From contig CALUWB010000002.1 in NCBI GenBank assembly GCA_944324375.1, forward strand, positions 175 through 64,174: a stretch of DNA of 64,000 nucleotides, given 5' to 3'. Under the pieces are notes generated by a model. That model searched no databases and was not told where the DNA came from. It saw only the letters and a program-made list of their open reading frames with translations. Each line of letters starts with the position of its first letter. Positions within the stretch are counted from its first letter, which is position 1. This DNA comes from Candidatus Gastranaerophilales bacterium. GTDB taxonomy: Bacteria > Cyanobacteriota > Vampirovibrionia > Gastranaerophilales > Gastranaerophilaceae. Of this stretch, positions 27,920 through 38,646 are shown one piece after another. Both the position numbers and the translations under genes were made by a program.

Positions 27920-29677
27920 ATGGAAATGTTAGATGAAGTACAAAATTTAGTAACAGAAAATGAATTTGCAAAAGCTAAACATAAGCTATTACAAATTATG
28001 GCTGAAACTGGCGAAAATGTAGAATCTATGAAACTTCTTGGCTTAGTCAATGTAAATCTTGGCTGCTACGAAGAAGCTAAAAATAATTTTGAATATGTTC
28101 TTTTATCAGAAAATAATGATGCAACTTCTTGGTTTTATTTAGGGAACTGTTATGATAAACTTAAAGACCTTGAAAATGCAAAAACTGCATACGAAAAAGT
28201 TATTGAATTAAGAGAAAATTACCTAGAAGCATACAAAAGTCTTTGTGTCATTTATATGCAAATTCATATGGAAGATAAAGCTATAGAAATCGCACAAAAA
28301 GCTAAAACAATTGATGCTGAAGACTATACTTATGATTATCTTATTGGAACTGCATTTGTTGCTAAAAAACAATATCAAGAAAGTATTAAATATCTTGAAA
28401 ATGCTTTAAAACTTAATCCTAATCATTCTCAAATTTATGGAAATTTAGCTACTGCATATCTATTATTAAATGATCAGGTAAAAGCTATTGAAATGTATAA
28501 TAAAGCGATTGAATTAAACCCTGAAAATGCAGATGCTTTATTTAATCTTGCTTCAGTTTATCAAATTCAAAATAACCATTCTGAAGCTTGCAAATATTTT
28601 GAAAAAGCGTATGCAATAACAAATGATGAAAAATCTCTTGTAGGATTAACTTTATCAGAATTTAAAGGTGGAAATTACGTAAAAGCAATTGATCACTACA
28701 AATCTCTTGTTATTGCTCACCCTGAAAAAGATTCTTATTTATATAATTTAGCTATTTGCTATGAGCAAGTTAGAGATTTTCAAAATGCTATCAATATTCT
28801 TAAGCAACTTCTAACTAGAAATCCTAAATCTGTTAATATGGCTCAAAAACTTGCTGGGTTATATATGGAAACAAAAGATTTAAGAAGTGCAAAAGATTTA
28901 TACGATAATATAATTCTTAAAAATTCTCCAACTGCTAATGTTTTATATCAATATGCGATAATATCTTCTCAACTTTATGATACAGATACTGCAGAAAGAA
29001 TTTTTAAAAAAGTTATTGGAATGAACCCTGATAATGCTCTTGCTCATAAAGATTTAGGAGTAATTTATCTTAATAAAAGATTATTTGATTATGCAGAAGA
29101 TGAATTCAAAACTGCGCTTAAATTAGCTCCTGACTCATACGACATTGTTTTTGAATATGCTAATTTCTTATATTCAATAACAAAATATAAAGAAGCTGAT
29201 GAATATTATGAAAAAGCATTGCAAATTAATAATGATGTTATTGCTAAAACTCTTCGTGCAATGAATAAAATTGAACTTAACGAACTTGATAAAGCAAAAG
29301 AATTAATTGATTCTGCTATTAAAGAAGAACCTAATCATGAATATATTCAATTTATGGCAGGAAGAATCTATTTTGCTTTAAAAGAATACGAAGAAGCTAA
29401 AAGATATATTATTCATTCGATTGAACAAAATCCGGATATTGAATCCCAAAATTTGTTAGCATTAACTTATTTTGGACTAGAAGAATATCAAAATGCAGTA
29501 AATATTTTCGAAAATCTACTTAAAAAGAATGAAAATAATATTTCACTCTTGCTAAATGCTGCTCAATGCTATGAAAAATTAAATGAGAATGATAAAGCAT
29601 TAGAAAAACTTTATAAACTAACTGACATATTCCCTGAGCATGAAGAAGCTCAAGAAATGATTAGACGTTTATCATAA
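27920..29677 (+). CDS. Tetratricopeptide-repeat protein (TPR only)
   Basis: 585-aa ORF made almost entirely of 34-aa TPR units. It is divergent from the two TPR-GT genes. Confidence 0.85.
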   Translation: MEMLDEVQNLVTENEFAKAKHKLLQIMAETGENVESMKLLGLVNVNLGCYEEAKNNFEYVLLSENNDATSWFYLGNCYDKLKDLENAKTAYEKVIELRENYLEAYKSLCVIYMQIHMEDKAIEIAQKAKTIDAEDYTYDYLIGTAFVAKKQYQESIKYLENALKLNPNHSQIYGNLATAYLLLNDQVKAIEMYNKAIELNPENADALFNLASVYQIQNNHSEACKYFEKAYAITNDEKSLVGLTLSEFKGGNYVKAIDHYKSLVIAHPEKDSYLYNLAICYEQVRDFQNAINILKQLLTRNPKSVNMAQKLAGLYMETKDLRSAKDLYDNIILKNSPTANVLYQYAIISSQLYDTDTAERIFKKVIGMNPDNALAHKDLGVIYLNKRLFDYAEDEFKTALKLAPDSYDIVFEYANFLYSITKYKEADEYYEKALQINNDVIAKTLRAMNKIELNELDKAKELIDSAIKEEPNHEYIQFMAGRIYFALKEYEEAKRYIIHSIEQNPDIESQNLLALTYFGLEEYQNAVNIFENLLKKNENNISLLLNAAQCYEKLNENDKALEKLYKLTDIFPEHEEAQEMIRRLS

Positions 29678-29694
29678 TCATATTAATATTTTAT

Positions 29695-30684
29695 TTAAGA
29701 CTTGATATAATTTTTCAAATTAGCAGAAATATCTTTGTTACGACAAAGCTTTTTCAATTTTGAAATAGCTCTATTTTCAATCTGTCTAATACGTTCTCTT
29801 GATACATTATAAATAGAACCAATTTCTTCTAAAGTCTTTTTATTTCCGTCACTATCTAAACCATATCTTAAAATCAAAATATCTCTTTCTTTTTGACTTA
29901 ATTGTTCTAAAATATGTCTTGTATCTTCTAATAAATTTTCGTCAGAAACTCTATTATCTGGTGACATTGTAGACTCATCTACAATATAATCAATAATCTT
30001 ATTTGCATCATCTTTTTGATTTGTTGGTGTATCAATACTAATTGTAGATTGAGCTGACTTGATAATAGAATTTATTTTCTTTAAACTCATTCCTAAACTA
30101 TCTGCAACTTCTTGCTTTGTTGGAACTCTACCTAATTTTGTCGTTAAATCAATAGTTTCTTTTTTAATCTTTGTTAAAGAATCAATCAAATGTATTGGTA
30201 AACGAATAATTCTTGCCTTATCTGCAATTGCACGAGTGATTGATTGTTGTATCCACCAAGTCGCATAAGTTGAAAATTTATACCCTTTTGTATAATCAAA
30301 TTTTTCAGTCGCTCTGATTAAACCCATATTACCTTCTTGAATTAAATCTAAAAATGATAATCCACGACCAATATATTTTTTAGCAATACTTACTACCAAA
30401 CGTAAATTTGCATTTATTAAAATTTTTCTTGATAAATCACAATTGTTTTCTTTAATTTTTCTTGCAATTTCATGCTCTTCTTCTGTTGATAAAAGAGGTA
30501 TTTTACCTATTTGTTGTAAATAAATTTTTACTGAATCATCAGAATTTACAACAGATAAATTCTCTGATGTTTTAGGCTCTTCAATAAATACAGAATCAGA
30601 ATCTTCATCTAATTTATCAAAATCTACACCTTCATCTGAGATTTCTTCAAAATTTAAATTTATTTTATCCATATCATCGCTCAT
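29695..30684 (-). CDS. RNA polymerase sigma factor, sigma-70 family (primary-like, group 1/2)
   Basis: 329-aa ORF. Region 1.2 is [14 protein letters not shown]. Region 2 is LVVSIAKKY...[41 protein letters not shown]. Region 4.2 is [27 protein letters not shown]. Confidence 0.93.
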   Translation of the reverse strand: MSDDMDKINLNFEEISDEGVDFDKLDEDSDSVFIEEPKTSENLSVVNSDDSVKIYLQQIGKIPLLSTEEEHEIARKIKENNCDLSRKILINANLRLVVSIAKKYIGRGLSFLDLIQEGNMGLIRATEKFDYTKGYKFSTYATWWIQQSITRAIADKARIIRLPIHLIDSLTKIKKETIDLTTKLGRVPTKQEVADSLGMSLKKINSIIKSAQSTISIDTPTNQKDDANKIIDYIVDESTMSPDNRVSDENLLEDTRHILEQLSQKERDILILRYGLDSDGNKKTLEEIGSIYNVSRERIRQIENRAISKLKKLCRNKDISANLKNYIKS

Positions 30685-30698
30685 TATAACAACCTCTT

Positions 30699-31439
30699 CT
30701 ATTTTTTTAATCGTTGCCTTACAGCTTCAAATACTATAATAGCTGTTGCGGCTGAAACATTCAAGGAATTAAAATCTTTTAACATTGGAATCTTCACCTG
30801 AAAATCTGACATTTTTAATAACGATTTTGAAACCCCTGCATGCTCTGCGCCCATAATTAATGCAAAATTCATATCACAATAATTTATGTCATAACAAGTA
30901 TCCTTCGAACTTGCATCTGTTGCTATTACCCACCAGTTGTTATTTTTTAACTTTTGGATAGTAGACGATAGACTATTTACTTTTATTATTGGAATATGAT
31001 TTACTGCACCTGCTGATGTTTTTTCTACAACAGATGTAATAGGAGAATTCCTTCTTGATGGAATTATTATTCCATCAATTCCTGCACATACACAAGTTCT
31101 TATTATTGCTCCAATATTGTGAACATCTTCAACACCATCTAAAACAACTAATGAACTATTTTCTTTATGTGTTTCTAGAAAATCATCTATATCTGTATAT
31201 TTTATTGGAGATATTTGAGCTATTACACCCTGATGATTATACTCTTGATAATCTAAGAATTTTTCTTTTCCTACAAATTGAAATATTATACCCTTGGATT
31301 GTGCTAGTTCTTTTATTTTCTCGATTTTTGAATCAGTATGCAAATTTCTTGAGATTAATATTTTATTTATCTCTCTTTTGCCTGAAGTTAATGCTTCTAT
31401 TACTGAATTTTTACCATAAATAAAATCAGTTTTTTCCAT
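30699..31439 (-). CDS. rlmB: 23S rRNA (guanosine-2'-O)-methyltransferase RlmB (SpoU/TrmH family)
   Basis: 246-aa ORF. It has an N-terminal [11 protein letters not shown] substrate-binding domain and SpoU motifs [26 protein letters not shown] and IPM...[10 protein letters not shown]. Confidence 0.85.
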   Translation of the reverse strand: MEKTDFIYGKNSVIEALTSGKREINKILISRNLHTDSKIEKIKELAQSKGIIFQFVGKEKFLDYQEYNHQGVIAQISPIKYTDIDDFLETHKENSSLVVLDGVEDVHNIGAIIRTCVCAGIDGIIIPSRRNSPITSVVEKTSAGAVNHIPIIKVNSLSSTIQKLKNNNWWVIATDASSKDTCYDINYCDMNFALIMGAEHAGVSKSLLKMSDFQVKIPMLKDFNSLNVSAATAIIVFEAVRQRLKK

Positions 31440-31451
31440 CGAAACTCCTAT

Positions 31452-32381
31452 TTATTTTGAAACTTGCAACATTCTTTCTATACAACCTAATGCTTTTTTA
31501 GAAATTTCTTCGTCCAAAGTTACTTCGTATGTTTCATTTAATAATGCATTATATATGTCTTCAAATTTATTTGTTTTCATACTTGAACATATCATATCCT
31601 GTTTAATTAAATAAAACTTCTTATCAGGATAATCTCTAAGTAATCTATCTACAACACCTTTTTCTGTCACAATTATGAATTCATTTAAATCTTTATTATC
31701 AGCAACATATTTCATTATACCAGTTGTACTTCCTACATAGTCAGATAATACAGTAACTTCATTCTTACATTCAGGGTGAGTTAAAACTTTTGCGTTTGGA
31801 TATTTAGCCCTAGCTAATTTTACATCTTCTGCTGAAACTTGGTTATGAATAGGACAACAGCCATTATAAGTTATTACCTCAACTCCATTTAATTGTGATT
31901 CTACCCATTTACCCAAAAATTGATCTGGTAAAAATAAAACTTTATCTGATTTTAAACTATCAACTATTTTAACAGCATTTGAACTTGTACAACAAATATC
32001 ACATTCTGATTTTACTTCTGCTGTTGAATTTATATAACATACAACAGGGATATTAGGATTTTCTGCTTTAAAATCTCTTAATTGTTGAAGGTTTATCATA
32101 TCAGCCATTGCACAGCCACAATCTAAACTTGGGATTATTACTTTTTTATTTGGTGATATTATTTTTGCAGTTTGAGCCATAAACGTTACCCCTGCAAAAA
32201 CAATTATACCTGCATCTGATTCTGCAGCTTTTTGACTTAAATATAAAGAATCACCAACAAAATCAGCAACTTCATCAATCTCTACATTTTGATAACAATG
32301 AGCTAATATTACTGCATTCTTTGCTTTTTTTAATTCTATTATTTTTTCTCTAATATCCATATTATTTATATTGTATAACAA
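31452..32381 (-). CDS. nadA: Quinolinate synthase
   Basis: 309-aa ORF. ILAHCYQ, DFVGDSL, CPIHN and HPEC motifs match NadA. The track start at 32381 is TTG; an in-frame ATG at 32360 (MDIREK) is an alternative. Confidence 0.92.
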   Translation of the reverse strand: MLYNINNMDIREKIIELKKAKNAVILAHCYQNVEIDEVADFVGDSLYLSQKAAESDAGIIVFAGVTFMAQTAKIISPNKKVIIPSLDCGCAMADMINLQQLRDFKAENPNIPVVCYINSTAEVKSECDICCTSSNAVKIVDSLKSDKVLFLPDQFLGKWVESQLNGVEVITYNGCCPIHNQVSAEDVKLARAKYPNAKVLTHPECKNEVTVLSDYVGSTTGIMKYVADNKDLNEFIIVTEKGVVDRLLRDYPDKKFYLIKQDMICSSMKTNKFEDIYNALLNETYEVTLDEEISKKALGCIERMLQVSK

Positions 32382-32445
32382 ACAGGTTTCTTTTTGATAA
32401 AGCTTTTATTAAGATTTGTAAACATGTCTGTAATTCATGTCAATT

Positions 32446-32475
32446 CATGGTTTCAGGATTACTTTATATACATGT
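32446..32475 (+). promoter_or_regulatory. Conserved upstream block CATG-GTTTCAGG-N6-TTATATACATGT (also at 33313-33342 in repeat copy 2)
   Basis: The same block with a 3-nt spacer occurs at 40581-40608 upstream of an unrelated gene. Its function is unknown (promoter or operator). Confidence 0.3.
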
Positions 32476-32617
32476 AAAGGTTATTTAAAAAATTTGTTAG
32501 GTTAAAACAAAGATAGTGATTACAAAATTAACTTATAGGTTTTGTAATTAAACAAAAAATTAGTAACAAGTTTCGTGTGATAGTTACTAAACAGGTATAA
32601 GGTTAGGTAGGTTTATT

Positions 32618-33133
32618 ATGGGTATGCTATTAATGATGTTCAGGAAGATGCACCTGATACAAAAGAAAAATAACATCGAATTCCAATTAACAGATCTCAA
32701 TCAGAAGTTAATGGATTATCAAAGCTTATCTGCCTCTTTAGCGAATGATTCTACATCAATCACTGATATTGCATCTATTCCTCCTTCTTTATTCGGATCT
32801 GGAATTAATACTCTAATGATGGCGCACGGAGCTGCAACTCAATATGCTAATCAAGCGATGACATATATGAATAATAATAGTATATTCACGCAATTCGGCG
32901 ATAATGCTCCATATATGCAACAAATCGCGTATATGAAAGCGTATGAACAAGGCCGTGAACAATACAAAAAACGTATTATGGCTCAGTTGGACGAACAAGA
33001 ACAACAAATGGAATTAAAGAAAACTAAGCTTGAAGCTCTTCTTGCTCAAGTCGAAGAAGAAGAAAAGGCTACTACTCAACGTATTCAAGCCGGTGTCCAA
33101 TCTCAAGTTTCTCACTACGGACTTCAAGCATAG
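32618..33133 (+). CDS. Hypothetical coiled-coil protein, copy 1 (short paralogue of the 636-aa protein)
   Basis: 171-aa ORF with AGGTAGG upstream. Its N-terminus matches 1963-3873, and its C-terminal half is heptad-like and rich in Gln/Glu/Lys. Confidence 0.75.
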   Translation: MGMLLMMFRKMHLIQKKNNIEFQLTDLNQKLMDYQSLSASLANDSTSITDIASIPPSLFGSGINTLMMAHGAATQYANQAMTYMNNNSIFTQFGDNAPYMQQIAYMKAYEQGREQYKKRIMAQLDEQEQQMELKKTKLEALLAQVEEEEKATTQRIQAGVQSQVSHYGLQA

Positions 33134-33212
33134 CAAACAAATTTTATACTGGGGGCTTAGTCCCCCCGTAAAACCAATAACCTTAATATAACCTAAAAAA
33201 TAACCGTTTTTA

Positions 33213-33274
33213 GGGAAATCTATAAGATGTGTAGAAGGTAATCAATGCGTCTTTATGATTTCCCTTTTTATTTT
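33213..33274 (+). terminator. Long-loop hairpin plus T-run downstream of copy 1
   Basis: gggaaatc (33213-33220) pairs with gatttccc (33257-33264), followed by tttttatttt. A separate G5/C5-6 hairpin lies at 33151-33167. Confidence 0.5.
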
Positions 33275-33484
33275 ATTAAGATTTGTAAACATGTCTGTAA
33301 TTCATGTCAATTCATGGTTTCAGGATTACTTTATATACATGTAAAGGTTATTTAAAAAATTTGTTAGGTTAAAACAAAGATAGTGATTACAAAATTAACT
33401 TATAGGTTTTGTAATTAAACAAAAAATTAGTAACAAGTTTCGTGTGATAGTTACTAAACAGGTATAAGGTTAGGTAGGTTTATT

Positions 33485-34000
33485 ATGGGTATGCTATTAA
33501 TGATGTTCAGGAAGATGCACCTGATACAAAAGAAAAATAACATCGAATTCCAATTAACAGATCTCAATCAGAAGTTAATGGATTATCAAAGCTTATCTGC
33601 CTCTTTAGCGAATGATTCTACATCAATCACTGATATTGCATCTATTCCTCCTTCTTTATTCGGATCTGGAATTAATACTCTAATGATGGCGCACGGAGCT
33701 GCAACTCAATATGCTAATCAAGCGATGACATATATGAATAATAATAGTATATTCACGCAATTCGGCGATAATGCTCCATATATGCAACAAATCGCGTATA
33801 TGAAAGCGTATGAACAAGGCCGTGAACAATACAAAAAACGTATTATGGCTCAGTTGGACGAACAAGAACAACAAATGGAATTAAAGAAAACTAAGCTTGA
33901 AGCTCTTCTTGCTCAAGTCGAAGAAGAAGAAAAGGCTACTACTCAACGTATTCAAGCCGGTGTCCAATCTCAAGTTTCTCACTACGGACTTCAAGCATAG
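33485..34000 (+). CDS. Hypothetical coiled-coil protein, copy 2 (identical to copy 1)
   Basis: 171-aa ORF with a translation identical to 32618-33133. Confidence 0.75.
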   Translation: MGMLLMMFRKMHLIQKKNNIEFQLTDLNQKLMDYQSLSASLANDSTSITDIASIPPSLFGSGINTLMMAHGAATQYANQAMTYMNNNSIFTQFGDNAPYMQQIAYMKAYEQGREQYKKRIMAQLDEQEQQMELKKTKLEALLAQVEEEEKATTQRIQAGVQSQVSHYGLQA

Positions 34001-34079
34001 CAAACAAATTTTATACTGGGGGCTTAGTCCCCCCGTAAAACCAATAACCTTAATATAACCTAAAAAATAACCGTTTTTA

Positions 34080-34140
34080 GGGAAATCTATAAGATGTGTA
34101 GAAGGTAATCAATGCGTCTTTATGATTTCCCTTTTTATTT
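34080..34140 (+). terminator. Long-loop hairpin plus T-run downstream of copy 2
   Basis: This is the repeat copy of 33213-33274. It abuts the stop of the convergent nupC gene. Confidence 0.5.
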
Positions 34141-34142
34141 GG

Positions 34143-35429
34143 TTAAAATAAAATTCCTGCAATTGTTGCTGACATGAAACAAGTTAATGTACCACATATC
34201 AATGCTCTAATACCAAGTTCTGCTAAATTTTTTCTTTGATTTGGAGCTAATTCACCAATCCCACCTAATTGTGTTGCAATAGAACCAACGTTACCAAAAC
34301 TACATAATGAAAAACTTGCAATCAAAAATGCTTTTGGTGTTAATGTATCCTTTATTGCTGACAAATCAATATAAGCAACCATTTCATTTAATATAACTTT
34401 TGTTCCCATCAATTGACTAACAGCAGTAATATCCTGGTGAGGAACGCCCATTAAGAATGCAAATATTGCAAAGAATTTACCTAAAATCATTTTTAAAGAT
34501 AAATGTTGCAAATCTAATCCTAAGAAAGCTCCATGCATATGGAATGTTTTATAAATTAATGCACCAAAATATCCCAATGTATAATCAATCATTGAAACAA
34601 GTGCTACTAATGCAATCAACATAGCTGTAACATTAATTGCTACCTGCATACCTTCACTTGCTCCTGATGCGATTGAATCAATCAAATTAACATGTGTTTT
34701 TTCTGTAGATAATTTAATATTTTCACCTGTTTCAGGAACTCTATCTTCTGGATAAACCATTTTAGTTATAACCAAAACTCCAGGAGCTGCCATAATAGAT
34801 GATGCTAAAATATACTCTGCAGGAATTCCCATTCCAATATATATAGGCATCATTGCACCTGAAATACAAGCCATACTTCCTGCCATACATGCCAGCAATT
34901 CTGATCTAGTTAATGCTTCTAAATATGGTTTAATCATAATTTGTGCAACAATTTGACCAACGAAAGAGTTTGCAACAGAACAAAGAGCTTCAGCTCCTGA
35001 AACCTTCATTAATTTATTCATTGCCTTACCTAAAATCATAACAATTTTTTGCATTATGCCATAATAGTAAAGAATGTTTACTAGTATCATCATAAAAATA
35101 CAAGATGCAACTAATTGTAATGCAAAAATTCTATTTCCTGCGCCAAAAACTGCATCAAATAATTTGAAATCTAACAGCCCTCCAAAAACAAATTGACCTC
35201 CTTGGAAAGCAAAATCAAGTATTTTTTGAATTAATACCCCAATTCCTAAAAACATTTTTTGTCCTAAAGGAACTTTAAAAATAAAAACAGCTAATGATAT
35301 TTGAAGTAGAAAACCTATCCCAACTGTTTTAAAATTTATTTTTTTTCGATTATTTGATATCAAATAAGCTATTGCAAAAATAAATATAATACCTAAAATA
35401 CCAAATAATCTATCCATAATTCTCTCCAT
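34143..35429 (-). CDS. nupC: NupC-family (CNT) nucleoside:cation symporter
   Basis: 428-aa polytopic ORF. The N-terminal GILGIIFIFAIAYLISNNRKKINFKTV and the overall pattern match concentrative nucleoside transporters. Confidence 0.88.
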   Translation of the reverse strand: MERIMDRLFGILGIIFIFAIAYLISNNRKKINFKTVGIGFLLQISLAVFIFKVPLGQKMFLGIGVLIQKILDFAFQGGQFVFGGLLDFKLFDAVFGAGNRIFALQLVASCIFMMILVNILYYYGIMQKIVMILGKAMNKLMKVSGAEALCSVANSFVGQIVAQIMIKPYLEALTRSELLACMAGSMACISGAMMPIYIGMGIPAEYILASSIMAAPGVLVITKMVYPEDRVPETGENIKLSTEKTHVNLIDSIASGASEGMQVAINVTAMLIALVALVSMIDYTLGYFGALIYKTFHMHGAFLGLDLQHLSLKMILGKFFAIFAFLMGVPHQDITAVSQLMGTKVILNEMVAYIDLSAIKDTLTPKAFLIASFSLCSFGNVGSIATQLGGIGELAPNQRKNLAELGIRALICGTLTCFMSATIAGILF

Positions 35430-35494
35430 TATTAATAATATTATGAAGGAATTATATCAAAAAGGCTTATAAATGTATAGTTAAGACCATTTAA

Positions 35495-36052
35495 TTATTT
35501 ACATTTGTATGAAATAGCAAGACCAGCAGGTAAATCTAAAATTTCTGTTTGAAAATCTTCATCATTCATAACTGCATCAAGATAAGTTTGGACTTTTTCT
35601 CTATGAGAATTAACATTATCAGCAGCAATTATAGCATTCGGAAGTAAATGAGGCTTTATTAATTCAAAATTTCTTACATACTCTCTTTTATTTGCATCAA
35701 TAAGAACAAAATCATACATTTTATCAGAAGGCAATTTGTCTAATATATCACAAGCAGATCCTAAAATTGGAGTATACATGCCAGCAAACCCACATTTATC
35801 AAAATTCGCACGAGCAATACTTTGACGTTTATCATAGTATTCTATAGTTGTTAAATGACCTTTTGTAACCTTCAAAGCATCTAAAAACCAAAGACCTGAA
35901 TAACCATTTGATGTTCCTATTTCTAATACACTCCTTGCATTACGAATTTTTACTAACATATTAAGAAAGTTTCCAGTAGAACGAGATACATTCCAAAAAT
36001 CATGTTGAGTTTTTTCAAGTTCCAATAATGTATCATTTAATATTTCATTCAT
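35495..36052 (-). CDS. Class I SAM-dependent O-methyltransferase (family 3, caffeoyl-CoA OMT-like)
   Basis: 185-aa ORF. It has the SAM motif VLEIGTSNGYSGLWF and DFVLIDANKREY, typical of this family. Confidence 0.85.
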   Translation of the reverse strand: MNEILNDTLLELEKTQHDFWNVSRSTGNFLNMLVKIRNARSVLEIGTSNGYSGLWFLDALKVTKGHLTTIEYYDKRQSIARANFDKCGFAGMYTPILGSACDILDKLPSDKMYDFVLIDANKREYVRNFELIKPHLLPNAIIAADNVNSHREKVQTYLDAVMNDEDFQTEILDLPAGLAISYKCK

Positions 36053-36055
36053 AAT

Positions 36056-37501
36056 TTATATCTTTCTTACATTCTTACCAATTGTAATACTACTTACAGG
36101 AATATCTAGAGTATTTGTTTTTAATATTACATTTTTATTTAAATCCATCACAGAATACCTACCTGCTTTAACATCTGAAATTATCGCAAGAGATGTATTA
36201 GGAATTATTTCCATAGATGTTGAAAAACCACCACTATTAATATTAATAACTGATATAGGTTCATCTGTTTGAGAATCAATAACCTGAACAACATTATCTT
36301 GAGCACTTAATACAAATATTTTCTTGCCATATGATATCATATCAACTGGTTTTTTTATTACATCAAACTCAGATAATAATGTTTGATTTTTATAATCTAA
36401 AACAGCCATTCTACTTTTTGTTCTACTTACAAGATATAACTTCCCATTTAAACAAACCATTTTTGAAATATTTGGATAACTTCCCAAATCCTTCAACAAA
36501 TATTCATTCCCAAATTCAATACACCAAACTTTATTTGATAGCTTATCTACATATAATAAGTTATCTTTGTATAAAACTAGATTTTCACATCTTCCATTAA
36601 CTTTTATTTTTTTCTTTAATGTCATATCTTCAAGAGATATCTGATAAATTGTAGAAGCATCAGGACTTGAAACATAAGCCAAATTATTATCTTTATCCAT
36701 AATAATTTCACCAGCATTTGTTGTTAAATCTAATTGCTTAATAACCCTATCATCAGCCAATGAAATTATATCTACTAATGTACTATTATAAGTTGTGACA
36801 AACAAAAACTTATTATCAGGAGTTATCATTATAGAACGAGGTATTGCTTTTTGAGCCAATGCGTACATTGGACTATGAGATTCTCCTTGAATAACTTGAA
36901 TATCTTTTGAATAACAAGTTGATACATATAATACTTTATCTTTTAACTGAGGAATTACAGATACTAAATTCGTTTGTTTAACAGGTTGAACTTGAGTAGC
37001 TTTTTCATATTGTATTTTTGTAGGTACAACTTTTATTTCTTCTTTTGGGCCAATTTTTACATTCAAATTCCCTGTTATACCTTTTAAATTCTCAGGAATA
37101 ACCAAATTTTTAGGAACTAACATATCCTGAGGAAGTAACCCAGATTTAACAATTACAGGAGGCTTATCGAATTTTTTAATTGTTTTTGTTCCATCATTTT
37201 GTATAATCATTTTTAACAAAACAAAATCATTATTAAAAATAACAACATCAGGTTTTTTATTTAAAGATAACTTCTCAGGATACGTTTGAACTACTGTAAG
37301 AGTAGATTCATTTTTAATTTTCGCTGGATACAACGGTAAATATACAGTACCATCTTGTAGAATAATAACTCCATCAAATCTTATATCAACTGAAGGGAAT
37401 GTTTTCTTTAGCATAGATTGAACATCTTCAGGCAACTTAGCAGCTAAACTACTGGTTGCAGTTAATAATAAAACCATCAATGATATAAGATACTTTTTCA
37501 T
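36056..37501 (-). CDS. Exported beta-propeller-repeat protein (YncE/YVTN-like)
   Basis: 481-aa ORF with a signal peptide ([21 protein letters not shown]). The C-terminal roughly 300 aa contain repeated '..LYV....S..V.VID' blades. Its start shares TAATG with the dnaJ stop. Confidence 0.65.
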   Translation of the reverse strand: MKKYLISLMVLLLTATSSLAAKLPEDVQSMLKKTFPSVDIRFDGVIILQDGTVYLPLYPAKIKNESTLTVVQTYPEKLSLNKKPDVVIFNNDFVLLKMIIQNDGTKTIKKFDKPPVIVKSGLLPQDMLVPKNLVIPENLKGITGNLNVKIGPKEEIKVVPTKIQYEKATQVQPVKQTNLVSVIPQLKDKVLYVSTCYSKDIQVIQGESHSPMYALAQKAIPRSIMITPDNKFLFVTTYNSTLVDIISLADDRVIKQLDLTTNAGEIIMDKDNNLAYVSSPDASTIYQISLEDMTLKKKIKVNGRCENLVLYKDNLLYVDKLSNKVWCIEFGNEYLLKDLGSYPNISKMVCLNGKLYLVSRTKSRMAVLDYKNQTLLSEFDVIKKPVDMISYGKKIFVLSAQDNVVQVIDSQTDEPISVININSGGFSTSMEIIPNTSLAIISDVKAGRYSVMDLNKNVILKTNTLDIPVSSITIGKNVRKI

Positions 37502-38625
37502 TATTTAAAAGCCCCTTTAATTTTTTCTTTTACAGATTGTTTTTTAACACGACCTGTTTCTAATTCATATAGAGATTCATATAATCTTCTTTCTTCATTT
37601 GAAATATGTGTTGGGGTTTTCACATTAACTATAACAATATGATCCCCACGCATAGAAGGATTTGAAACAGAAGGAGCACCTGCACCTTTTATTGTTACTC
37701 TATCACCTGACTGTAAGCCCACAGGAATAGAAATTCTTCGTTCTCCATCTATTGTTTTTATTTCTATTTCATCGCCTAATACAGCTTGAGCAGGTGTTAC
37801 ATCTAATTTAGTATAAATATTCATTCCATCACGATGGAAATATTTTGAAGGTTTAACATGAATAATTATATATAAATCACCTGAAGGCCCACCATTCATG
37901 CCAGCATCACCCTCACCTGACAAACGCATTTTTGAACCTGTATCAACACCTTTAGGTATTTTTACATTTAACGTTTTTTCAACTTCTTTTCTTCCTTGAC
38001 CTTTACAATCAGGACAAGGATCAGAAATAATTTTACCTTTACCATGGCATTTTGGACAAGTAACGATTTGAGCAAAACTACCTAATATTGTTTGAGTAGT
38101 TTGTTGAACTTGACCACGACCTCCACAAGTAGGACAAGTTACAGGCTGACTACCTGCTTTTGCTCCTGTGCCTTTACAAGATGGACAAGTTTCAAGGTGA
38201 TCAATTTTAACATCTTTTTCTACACCAAACATTGCTTCTTCAAACTCGATTTCTATATCAAGTCTTAAATTTTCACCTCTTGTTGGAGCATTAGGATCAA
38301 CTCTACGAGAACCACCAAAACCTCCAAATCCTTCAAAAAATGATTCAAAGATATCATTCAAATCACCAAAACCATTTGCAAAAGGTCCTTGTGATGAATA
38401 ACCTTGATTTTGTAACCCTTCTTCTCCAAACCTATCATAAGTAGCACGCTTATTGTCATCCATTAATACTTCATAAGCTTTGCCTAATTCTTTGAACTTT
38501 TCTTCTGCATCCGGAGCTTTATTTACATCTGGATGGTACTTTCTTGCCATTTTCCTAAAGGCACTTTTTATTTCATCTTTGGTTGCATCTTTTGATACTC
38601 CCAGTATTTCATAATAATCCGTCAT
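37501..38625 (-). CDS. dnaJ: Molecular chaperone DnaJ
   Basis: 374-aa ORF. It has a J domain (DYYEILGV...YHPD), a G/F region and four CxxCxGxG zinc-finger repeats. Confidence 0.97.
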   Translation of the reverse strand: MTDYYEILGVSKDATKDEIKSAFRKMARKYHPDVNKAPDAEEKFKELGKAYEVLMDDNKRATYDRFGEEGLQNQGYSSQGPFANGFGDLNDIFESFFEGFGGFGGSRRVDPNAPTRGENLRLDIEIEFEEAMFGVEKDVKIDHLETCPSCKGTGAKAGSQPVTCPTCGGRGQVQQTTQTILGSFAQIVTCPKCHGKGKIISDPCPDCKGQGRKEVEKTLNVKIPKGVDTGSKMRLSGEGDAGMNGGPSGDLYIIIHVKPSKYFHRDGMNIYTKLDVTPAQAVLGDEIEIKTIDGERRISIPVGLQSGDRVTIKGAGAPSVSNPSMRGDHIVIVNVKTPTHISNEERRLYESLYELETGRVKKQSVKEKIKGAFK

Positions 38626-38646
38626 CGTTTTCTCTTTTTCTATTTA

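Larger units (their letters stand above)
32404..34140 (+). repeat. Perfect tandem direct duplication, 2 x 867 bp
   Basis: 32404-33270 and 33271-34137 read identically, and identity continues 3 nt further. Each unit holds a 214-nt leader, a 171-aa ORF and a roughly 140-nt 3' region with two hairpins. Confidence 0.9.

Noticed and set aside
32404-34140. Possible CRISPR array or IS element, suggested by the long exact repeat.
   Set aside because: There are only two units of 867 bp in direct tandem, each containing a complete gene. There are no short repeat-spacer periodicity, terminal inverted repeats or transposase.
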